This document shows positions 1-9,783 of a stretch of 64,000 nt of DNA, in pieces (positions within the stretch are counted from its first letter, which is position 1; every line of letters begins with the position of its first letter). A program made the position numbers and the translations under genes. Where the stretch lies: NCBI GenBank assembly GCA_040954595.2, contig CM082593.2:1126901-1190900 (forward strand). The letters run 5' to 3'. The notes beneath the pieces were generated by a model. It was given only the letters and a program-made list of their open reading frames with translations, had not been told where the DNA came from and did not search any database. The DNA is from Balanoglossus misakiensis. Lineage: Eukaryota > Animalia > Hemichordata.

Positions 1-199
1 TATGGTCCTTTACTGACATGTTGAAATTATCAATAATTGATGCCAAGTGTTTAGGCAGACTATGTTTTATTTTACACAGTTTTTATTCTGTTTGTGTCTG
101 TTTTATGCTTTCCAGAATAAAAGAGAAAGACTGTCAAAAGGGAAGCCTTTTCAACTTAATGAAACTGACTTGGCAAGGGTCTATTGTATTATGATTTTC

Positions 200-305
200 T
201 TGAGCCCTCCCCCACCCACACATGCGCACATTTTTTGGTACAATCCCATTGTTTTCATTGGTGTGGGTATGACCATTCACCGGAAGGTGGGGATGACAGG
301 ATTGA
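200..305 (-). mobile_element. Degenerate reverse-orientation copy of the ~90-bp TTAA-MITE
   Basis: cccattgttttc...ggt...gacc...tggggatgacaggattga aligns by eye with the reverse complement of the copies at 2714 and 60765 (gaaaacaatggg; tgggggtgagagggttaa). It is diverged and carries a small insertion. Confidence 0.5.
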
Positions 306-472
306 ACTCATCACAATAAGTTCTTTTAAAATCAAGTTTAAACTTTTAGTTGTTTGTTTGTTTAGCATTGAAATTCACATGTGGAATGTATACGTTGTCT
401 TTCAATGATGAAAAGTACAATTAAAATGTTTACGAAATTTTAAAACTGTACTTGTGGCATCTTTTTCTTGCT

Positions 473-562
473 TTAACCCTTTACCTTTCCCTCTTATGAT
501 TCCCAGCTTCACCAAAGAATTGTTTTGATTCAGACGGCCAACCATGGTGGTGAAATAGTAAA
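473..562 (+). mobile_element. Degenerate copy of the ~90-bp TTAA-MITE
   Basis: Begins TTAACCCTTT and ends aaccatggtggtgaaatagtaa, matching both ends of the better-preserved copies. Confidence 0.6.
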
Positions 563-818
563 ACGTGTTGCCTCACGAGAAAATGACTGATGATATATTA
601 AACATACAGGCCAACAACTGCAATGAAACAACACCGAAATGATGGGATGATGGTGTTCCCTTGCTGCCATTAGTTATAAATTACCCAGTTCTTGCACAAT
701 GCTGTTTTAAAACCACAACAAAGTAGAATTTAGATGACTATTCGTTAAGAATTTTCGTGACATTGAGGGGTCGTTCTGAGACAAGCAGCGCCCCCACCGA
801 CGGGTTTTACAAAAAAAG

Positions 819-2526
819 ATGGCGGACGCTTCTTCAGCTGCCCAACGGCGAGAGGCCAGAAGACGTCGGATTCTTATGAATTCAGAAGAGCGAATGAAGA
901 AAGTGATGGGTCTGGCTGAGAATAAACAAGGTTGGTTTTATTATATCGACCTTCTTTTAACGGGACACGAGGCGGTTAAAGTTTCTTTTATACGCAAACT
1001 CACAGTGTACGCGACTCGTACATGTACGTACTGTACACATACACCATTTGAGTTTTTGTCCCATTTAAAAGTGCAGGCTCTGCAGCTCTGGGCTGAGTGA
1101 GGGCTCTTATCCTGATGGGCAGTTGTATCGACTTTTGACCTTTTATAACTGAAGCTGCCAATTCACTTGAGGAAATTATAAGATCGTGGCAAGGATAGAC
1201 TATCACCAGATTATTGTTTCTGGCTTGGTTCCCTTTACTTCCGGGTTTACAACAATGTCACTATGTCCGCCAAAGATACTATATTTTTAATGTAAAGAAG
1301 TCAAAGTGAACTGTAAGCATAGACAGAAGAAAACGAAGACGCAACATCATTTGAATGTCATGCTGCAGCTTGTAGGAGTAGTTCAAGCGATGCGCTGTAC
1401 TGACGATGGAATAAACAAATTCTATTGTTCAATATTTTATAAAGATGATGAAAGTGACAATCGAGAAGAACATACAAGAAGTGAAAACCGCTCAGCTTCT
1501 GGTGATAACAGACTCTTGGAAGAAAAACTTTGGGACTTGTCTGCCAGTACAGTCAATCCTGTGGGTGAAACAAATATTCCTGAGTTAGACAAAACTGTGG
1601 ATTCTGCAGAAACTGTAACTCTGGAAGAGAAGGGAGCTTCTGAACTGATATCAGGCAAGGAAAATGTAGAAACTGAAACAGAGATGGGATGTGAGCCTAA
1701 AAATGAGGAGGAGGAACACAGAGCTGAATCAAATGAGGAAGAAGGGATTACAGGAACTGAGAAAGACAGAGAGATGCCAGAGACAGAACCCACCAATATC
1801 AGGACAAATCGGCCAGTCACTTCAACAACCAGTACGTCGCCAAGTACCGGACAAAGTCACAACCCAACAGCCAGTATTGCAGACAGATATCGGATTTTAT
1901 TCGCGGTATTCTTCGCTATTATCGTCAGGGCATTGATTACGGTTCCAGTGTATGTAGGGATTTTTGGAAAGGTGGGTATTGCAGCTATAGCATTTCACTT
2001 TTGACTCAAGAGGGCGACCTTCAATACGATCTAACAATGACCAAATGTCATCTTTGTTATTACATCTGGATTAGACTTGCTGCAAATTACAGACATTCAT
2101 TGAAAATAGCTGGACCAGAGGTATAACATGTTTTCATTTTCATTTAAATTTCAGTCGATAATGATTCCATTTTTTACCTGGGAGGCATTTATTATTGGCT
2201 ATCAACAAATAACAAGAACCAACCAGGTGAGCGTCTATTCATTATGGAGAGGCATGATAAAGGACTTCTGTTTCATTTCATTGAACCTTTCTGTTATTTT
2301 TCACTTGGTTTTATGATAACTATGTGTCAATCTCCTTTTTCCCATCCAGACACAAGACAGAAAACCAGACCAGTCTATGCTAATTATGGCATTAATGTTG
2401 TGTGGAATTCATCAGGATGTCTTAACACAAGTTTCATCAACGCTGAAGATGGCTACCGATCTCATGACAGATTTAGTTATCTACATTTTCTCTTTTGTAA
2501 TCTTACATTCCATTCTGGAAATATAG
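819..2526 (+). CDS. CAMLG: Calcium-modulating cyclophilin ligand / GET2 (tail-anchored protein insertase subunit), ~295 aa, 4 exons
   Basis: Exons 819-930, 1445-1971, 2155-2226, 2350-2526, all GT-AG with consistent phases (1,0,0). The N-terminus has the basic TRC40-binding motif SAAQRREARRRRILMNSEERMKKVMG, followed by an acidic linker. The hydrophobic C-terminal segments (RILFAVFFAIIVR; SIMIPFFTWEAF; LIMALMLCGI...TDLVIYIFSFVILH) resemble vertebrate CAML. Confidence 0.93.
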
Positions 2527-2713
2527 ATGTAATATGTGTAGATTCTGATGAGTTTATACCAGGAAAATTGTATTTATGACCTCAAAAACTCATCGAAAAT
2601 CACTGCCAGTAAACTGTGGAGCGCATTCCCTTTTATTTCAGAGTATCTACAAGCCTAGAAACTTTCAACAGAAAACTGAAAACCTACATGTTCACCAGAT
2701 CATACAGCATGGT

Positions 2714-2807
2714 TTAACCCTTTCACCCCCAGTTTCCTCTTTAAAGGTCCAACCTTACCATAGAAAACAATGGGTTTTGGAACGAACCATGGTGGTGAAA
2801 GGGTTTA
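2714..2807 (+). mobile_element. ~90-bp non-autonomous TIR element (piggyBac-like MITE)
   Basis: TTAA-CCCTTTCACC...GGTGAAAGGG-TTTA gives terminal inverted repeats with a TTAA-like target site. The interior is similar to the copy at 60765-60857. It probably lies in the CAMLG 3' UTR or just downstream. Confidence 0.75.
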
Positions 2808-3593
2808 CTAATAAGTATATTTCTCCTTGAAAGTCATGAATTGTAATGACTTTAATTATATGAACGGTCCTGATATTATCATGCATGTATATTGATGATG
2901 CAGATCCAATAAAATGATTAGTCCAAACAGTAACATTGTGTGTTGTTGACAAGAAATCTCATTTATTCTGCTTGGTATATTGAAAAGTGTGATTTCCGAT
3001 TTGACTTTTGCGTCTCATGAGATCAGTTTTGTTTGAAAGCAGTGGTGTACAAGTGAACGCAGTTGATATTTGGATGTTGCCAGCATGTGTTTTACTTTGT
3101 CATTAACTGCAAAAAATGCTGGCTGTGAACTTATGTGTGCCTCTATTTAATTCAGCCATCTCAAACATTGTGTAATTTGTTATACCAGCACAAATTGTTC
3201 AGGCTCATTATGGTGTAGGCCCTACCTTGAAAAAAACAATTTACTTCAATTTCTGTTGTTTTTTGGTGTCAAAAATTACATTTTGAGGGCCATGCTTCGT
3301 GATAAATTGCAGTGGGTGTTTTTTTAAATTCAAAATTGAGGTCATGCTTAGTAATTGTAAGGGTATAGTTATTGGTATGCAATCTGGTTGCTTTAACGTC
3401 CGGAAAAATGCTTGCATTCTGTTAAATTTAGCTGCCACTTTTGTAAGGTAGAAATCTGACAACATTCTGACTGTTTCACACGACTCCTGCTATGCTAATG
3501 CCACTGTTACACCCATGGGCTGTGAAACGTTTACTGGCAGCAGAGTACATTCAAAAATAATGTGACCAGTTCATTGACCGAAATTCATCTGAT

Positions 3594-3995
3594 CACATGA
3601 CAGGTCACCTGACAAAACTTTTGTAGGGGACCGAAAGTTTTATTTAGAATGTTTACCGACACTATGATAAATTCGAAATACACAAATTCAATTAAACTGC
3701 ACAGTTTTACTTATCAATCAGAGTTGGCCGTCGTGGGGAAACCTCCACTGCTTTTGTTTTGTGCAGGAAATGAGTTCAATCATTTTTACTAAACGTGAGA
3801 AAATAAAGAGTATATCCTTGGGAACATTTATGCCTGGACATTAGAAGCGAGGCTACTGTCTGTAAATTATGTAAAATTCGACAAATTAATGGTGTAACAC
3901 GTGACATATCACCTGTTTTATTGCTGACAACATTTCAATTTTGAATTTATTATTGATCACGTGTCATGTCACCTGAGTATAGTAAGCGCATAAAA
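3594..3995 (+). promoter_or_regulatory. Putative laccase promoter: three CACRTG-N6-CACCTG double E-boxes plus TATA-like CATAAAA
   Basis: CACATG-ACAGGT-CACCTG (3594-3611), CACGTG-ACATAT-CACCTG (3898-3915), CACGTG-TCATGT-CACCTG (3958-3975). CATAAAA at 3989-3995 lies ~60 bp before the ATG at 4052. Confidence 0.55.
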
Positions 3996-4051
3996 AGGTG
4001 AAGTCCACGCTCAAACTTCACAGCGTTATCTGGACGCCAGACTCACCAGCT

Positions 4052-5386
4052 ATGAAGTTGTTCGTGGTTGCGTTGCTTGGGATACTGGCCCTAGCACAGG
4101 TTTGTTTGTCACGAAATAGAGTGTGTTTCATGGTTGTAAGTTGGTAGAAGAAAGATTCATTTTTGCGTTTTGAAAAATTCTTCATGTTGTTGTAGAAACG
4201 GCATTTATTATATACTTTTGCATGTGTATATTTTCAGCTAGAACTTTACAATGGGACAATTGATTTTTATCTTTGACAGGCCAAAGATAAGAATGTATTT
4301 GCTGATCAGGGGCATTGCGAAGATGAATACGTTCCCGAACTTGACGATTATCGTGTTGGTAAGTATGACAGTAACTTTTCCTGTGGCAGTGTGGATGTTT
4401 AACATTTGCTAGTCCTGATGGCCAGACGAAGATAAAATTTCAAAAACTCAAAGAAATTTATTCCAGTGTTTTCTTTCTAGTTTGTAGGTACGACTTCAAA
4501 GTTGAACACAACTACTGCATGACGTACAACGGCAACACCATCGTGAGTGATTGTGAAGATCCAGACGGTAACACTGTTGAATGTGTGGCCTGTTATATCG
4601 ATGATCCAGACTGTGCCGGCACTGATCGAGCTATATCATTTAGTAAGTGTCTGTCAATCATTTTGTAAGTGTCTGTCAATCATTTTGTAAGTGTCTGTCA
4701 ATCATTTTGTAAGTGTCTGTCAATCATTTTGTAAGTGTCTGTCAAACGAAACTATCTTGCTCAAGCACAATCGCACTGCTTAAGTCAAGCTGTCGACACA
4801 CAGTGAAAGTATTTCAATTTTTTTTGCAGTGGACGTAATGCTGGCGTGTGATGGTGTTCAACGTCGCATCATCTCTATCAACGGACAAATACCGGGACCC
4901 TCCATCAGAGTAAGATTTTAATAAAACTATGAAACGGCATATATCTTCTTAATCATGTTGATTATTGTGTCGCCTATGACCCAAGCTACTAAATCAAGTT
5001 CAAATATGTCAGTCATTTCACATTTGTTGGATCGGTCAATTCATCACCAACATTCTTGAAAACTACCAGTTACTTTAATTCTGTCGCGTAAGTAACATTA
5101 TAAAGGCACGACATCGGCGTTGGGTGTGTGATTTGAGAAGGGTGGCTAAACTGTGGACTAATCGGTCGGAACCTTTTCAATTTTTGTTGGTGTTTAGGTA
5201 AAGTATGGAAGCATTGTACGCGTCACGATGCACAATGCTATGATGCAGGATGCCACTACAATTCATTGGCACGGTATATACCAGATGAGAACTCCTTGGA
5301 TGGATGGAGTGCCGTACATCTCACAGTGCCCAGTTCCACCAGGTGGCAAATTTGTCTATTCATTCGCTGCCATGCCTCCAGGTAAG

Positions 5387-5417
<31 letters not shown>

Positions 5418-8400
5418 ATGGTATATCACACGATTTAAATTAATTTCTTTTAATAATTAACGAACATTCTTTCACACGTCTAGGTACTTTCTGGTATCAC
5501 TCTCACACCGGCGTCCAATTCAGCGAAGGTATGGCTGGACCAATCGTTATCTATGAGGAAGACGAACCGAACCAACATTACTACGATTTCAATCTGATCG
5601 ATCTCCATGACGACCGCAACCTCCCCGAGTTTGACCAGTTCATCATAATGGTTTCAGACTGGCAACATGACGAATCTCATCACATGTTCGAGAAACTCTT
5701 CAAGGCCGGTGGCTGGTTTGAAGATGGCGTAAGATTCGATGGTGCCCGTACTTTCGATGGTCTTGAAATCAGTCCAATTCCCTATACGTCCGGTTTGTTC
5801 AACGGCCATAGCCGATACGACCTCACCGATCCCAGGAAGCGTACGCCATATTTTGGCTTTCTGGTTAAACCGGGCCACAGATATCGTTTCCGCGTCATCG
5901 GTGCCCAGATGGTCTACTCGTACCGTATATCCGTTGACGACCACAAGCTGAAGGTGATCACATCAGATGGTTTCGATGTCAATCCCGTGGATGTTGATTG
6001 GATCGTCGTATCTGCAGGTGAGAGATACGACTTTGTACTCACCACCAAGACCGACCCTGAACACAGTGAATACCAGGTCCGTGCCGACACCATGCGCTAT
6101 GATGAGATCAATCGCCGTCCATTCAACGACACCAATGCTGGTGTCTTACGTTATGGCGACACCAGCGGCGACTTCCTCACCGATACTCTGCCACCAGATC
6201 TCTGGCGTCACTGCAACGAAGAAAAACCTTGTTATACGCTCAACTGCCCGTTTTATGACTATCCAGATTGGTCAGGTGCCCGCTGCATCCACATTAGCGA
6301 TCTCACTCGTTCTGCAAGAGAACTGGCCTTGGATCCAACACCAGCACACGTCACAAAAGAGGCACAGTACTTCATGAATTTCGTCTTCGGAGGCAAAGGT
6401 GGCATGGCTCTGGGAAAGGCTCTCCCAGGCCAGAAACCGGCCCCGGTCTGCAACGGCAAGGCCTTCGTCTCACCAACACAGCTGTCCATCCACGACTTTG
6501 ACCCAAGCGCCGCTTTTGAGAAGTGCGACGAAGAATGCGACGCCCCCGATCACCACACCGTTTGCAGATGCACCAACTTCATCACCCTGGAAGACGAATA
6601 CTACCAATTGGTTTTCACCAGTGTCGGTTCTGGCGGTTCCCACAATGGTTCTCTTCACCCAATTCACATCCATGGACACAGTCTGCTGGTGACGAAGATG
6701 GGATTCCCAGAACAGGACGAAGAAGGAAAGTACCTCCGAGCTAACCAGGACCTGTGTTGCCCATGCCCAGACGATGAAACACAGTGCTGTTCTCTCGACA
6801 GGTAATGTAATATAATTATAAATTTTCTACGATACTGGTAGAATGTCCTTATATAATAATCTTCTGTCAAATATTTTACTTGATTACTCTTCACCATCTT
6901 AAAATACTGTTTAACATGTGAATGAACAGAAAGAAACCTCTTCTAACTTTGTTTCCACTTCTTCGACTGACGGGTTCATTTCCATTCATAGTATGTTGAT
7001 TCCATGCAATAAACCACGCTGGAGGAACGACACCTGGAACGAGGATCCCGACTCCATTCCCATGAACCTCTACAACCCTCCAAGAAAAGACACTGTTCTA
7101 CTGCCCTCTGGTGGCTATATCATCGCACGATTGGAGACCTATAACCCAGGTATGTACATCTTTATTTGGAACTTTCCACTCTACTATTCCAGCGAAGATC
7201 ACTTTAGACCAAGGCGCAAAGCAGCCGTGTGTTATTTTTCCTAATACGTGCACGACCAAAAAAGCACAAAAATTCATCTTCTGTATCATAAAGCACTCTA
7301 GCGCCAAATAGCCAACTGACCCGCGTCTTAAAATTGTCCCCAGGATTTATCTGCAGTTTCAATTTTTTTATAGCACACTGGATCATTAATTTACACATTG
7401 TATATTTTCTATTTTTAGGATGGTGGTTCTTGCATTGTCACATTGAGCATCATTTACTCGGCGGTATGGCCATCTTACTGAACGTCAAACCCAACGAGCA
7501 ACCAAGCACCCCGATGGAGTTCCCCGGATGTGGTGACTTCGATTGGAATGAAAGTGATTTCTTCGAGAAGTACAGACAACAAGGTCAGTGGTTGTCCCAG
7601 CAAACTGCAATAGATTATTTTCTGCTCATTGTGAGATCTCGCGAGACTTGTAAATAATGATGTCCTCTTTGCAGAGCCAACCCTGGTAAACGTTGCCTTG
7701 GACGGACTCGCCTCTCTCAGCGCTGGTGAGAACGCACCCTATGGTAGCGATGGCAACCCTCAGACTTGCTCTCTATTGGATGCGGCCGACAAATCCTGGT
7801 GGAAAGTTGACCTAGGGAAACCATTCAATGTACATAGAGTTATTCTGAAGAGACCACGTAAGTTGATGCTCATTATTACATAATTTTCACACCCACCCTT
7901 CTTTTGTTTTCTGATGCACCTGGTCCTGCACATATTTCCTACTTTGAATACTCCATGATTCTCTGTTTCTCTGCTCATTCCACGTGTGCATCTGATGAAG
8001 GGGACTACATGTAACCATAATGAGAAATAATTTGTTTTTTTGTTTTTTTCTATTTCCAGCAAACAAATGGCGGAATGATTTACGATGTGGACCGGACTTT
8101 CCACTATCTGATGGAAGTCCAGCCCAGTGCAATCCTGGCTTAATATATCCATGCTGTTCACTACATGGTTGGTGTGGAAATACTGATGAGCATTGCGCAT
8201 GTGCCACCTGTATCGACTACTGTAAGTCGTGAGCCTACATTCTTGACACGCTAAGGAATAGATGATTTCCCGCCTACGCGAGATCTCACTTAGTCTCATG
8301 CAGTTCGGAAAGTGGTCTATTGTGCCGTTGGTCTTGTAAACGTTATCCGCCATTGCCAACAGCAATTTTTGTTAGTGCGCATGACACTTGTTTCACGATT

Positions 8401-9783
8401 TTTAACATAGTAACTACGCGGAATTCTACTGTAAACATCTTCCACGTCCCCATGCCCGCTCCAGATATGTGGGAGAGTATTAAACAGAAAAGCAGGGTGC
8501 AGTCACTCTCATCCAGACCCTCTTATTCCCACGTGAAACTGAAATAACCATCATAATGTGCAATGTGTCTTTTTGTAACCCACACCTGCTCGATTTCCAT
8601 ACCCAACAGCAAAAACCGTGAAGTGGCGGAACGACCAGCGGTGTGGACCCGACTTCCCAGCCATCGACGGATCACCGGCCGAATGTAATCCAACCGGAGA
8701 ATTCCCTTGCTGCTCGCCCCATGGATGGTGCGGCAACACCGCCGACCACTGCGATTGTAGCGAATGTGCTGATTACAGAGGTGCGCATATGCATGACTGG
8801 TTTCTTGTTTTAAATTTCGCCTTGAAAATTAGAAGTCTTACACTTTCTCTCATATTCTGCTCAAAGCAACTTCAGATAATTCTCTTTTGAAATTTCTCCT
8901 TGTAGCTGGAGGACTTGTCGGTGCTGTTGTGAGGGTGGGTTCAGAAGACGACATCGAGATTCACCATCAGTGCGGCGAGGTGTTGACACCAAGAAAACTG
9001 CAACTGTCAATCAACACCATCGATTGCGTCAACCCAATCGTCGGCCGCTACGTCAGCATCCAATCAGATCGTGGCAATCCCGTCAGCCTTTGCGAAGTCT
9101 CGGTTATGGCACCTGGTAAGTCCGATGTGTTTTCACTTTTCTCACTGTGATTTGAATTTTCTCTGTTCCTGTTTTGATTTATTTACCTTTTACTGTTTTA
9201 GTGACAACTCTGTGTTTTGCCTAACAGAAACTGCGGTCGACCAGCCAACTTTCGATTCTGGCTGCGGTATGCCACACGATTTGGTCGGCGATACTGGAAC
9301 TATCTCTTCACTGAACTATGATGGTACCACTCTCTATGAAAACGACGCACGTTGCGAGTTCCACATCACCACAATTAACGGCCAGGTATGCGTTACAAGC
9401 CTGTAATATATTTGAAAACACTATATACTAACAAGCCGTGATTTGTGATATTCCCGAAACACTGAAAGCAAGAAATGGTCTTTTACATGATCATGAATAA
9501 TCTTTGCAAAAAATAATAATTTCTGAGGAATTACCCCAAAACACTTACAGAACCTTGGTTTTATTTTTCACAGAATATAGTACTGAATTTTGTGGCATTG
9601 GACTTGGAAGGCGGGTATGACTATGTCTGGGTAATTGGACCCCGATTTGAGAAAATTGCCAAGTTCACTGGTTCCATTCCGCCAGAACCTCTGGAGACGG
9701 GATATAGCGAGATCATCGTGCGATTCACAAGTGACGATGGCGGTCAGGCCACGGGTTTTAAGATCAACTGGAACACAGCATAA
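4052..9783 (+). CDS. Secreted laccase-like multicopper oxidase fused to a split F-type lectin (FTP/F5-8C-like) domain, two hevein-like chitin-binding type-1 modules and a CUB domain, ~1095 aa, 14 exons
   Basis: Exons 4052-4099, 4280-4358, 4481-4642, 4830-4909, 5198-5381, 5484-6801, 6992-7149, 7419-7583, 7675-7857, 8060-8221, 8610-8780, 8906-9115, 9228-9385, 9574-9783 (3288 nt, phases consistent). Signal peptide MKLFVVALLGILALAQ. All four copper motifs are present: IHWHG, GTFWYHSH, HPIHIHGH, NPGWWFLHCHIEHHLLGGM (Met axial ligand). Confidence 0.92.
4643..4745 (+). repeat. 22-bp tandem repeat (GTAAGTGTCTGTCAATCATTTT, ~4.7 copies) starting at the 5' splice site of laccase intron 3
   Basis: Copies start at 4643, 4665, 4687, 4709 and 4731. 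Confidence 0.95.
5388..5412. repeat. (TCTG)n microsatellite in laccase intron 5
   Basis: tctgtctgtctgtctgtctgtctgt seen directly. Confidence 0.85.
7675..9115 (+). other. F-type lectin/F5-8C-like domain encoded in two halves (exons 7675-7857 and 8906-9115)
   Basis: The N-half VNVALDG...DGNPQTCS...SWWKVDLGKPFNVHRVILKR and the C-half LVGAVVRVG...CG...DC...GRYVSI...VSLCEVSV match the FTP/fucolectin pattern. Confidence 0.8.
8060..8780 (+). other. Two tandem hevein-like/chitin-binding type-1 modules (exons 8060-8221 and 8610-8780)
   Basis: KWRNDLRCGPDFP...QCNP...PCCSLHGWCGNTDEHCACATCIDY and KWRNDQRCGPDFP...ECNP...PCCSPHGWCGNTADHCDCSECADY. Each has 8 Cys and the CCSxxGWCG hevein core. Confidence 0.82.
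9228..9783 (+). other. C-terminal CUB domain
   Basis: CG...GTISSLNY...YENDARCEFHI...IVLNF..LDLE..YDYVWV...FTGS......IVRFTSD.....GFKINW. Confidence 0.88.

Noticed and set aside
2771-2795. Resemblance between the MITE (ggttttggaacgaaccatgg) and satellite B (ggtttttggataaaaaccatgg), suggesting common origin
   Set aside because: The match is short and low-complexity, and the rest does not align by eye.
7760-8365. 201-aa minus-strand ORF and other antisense or alternate-frame ORFs over the laccase, CAMLG and caspase genes
   Set aside because: No recognisable motifs. They are shadows of real exons and run across introns.
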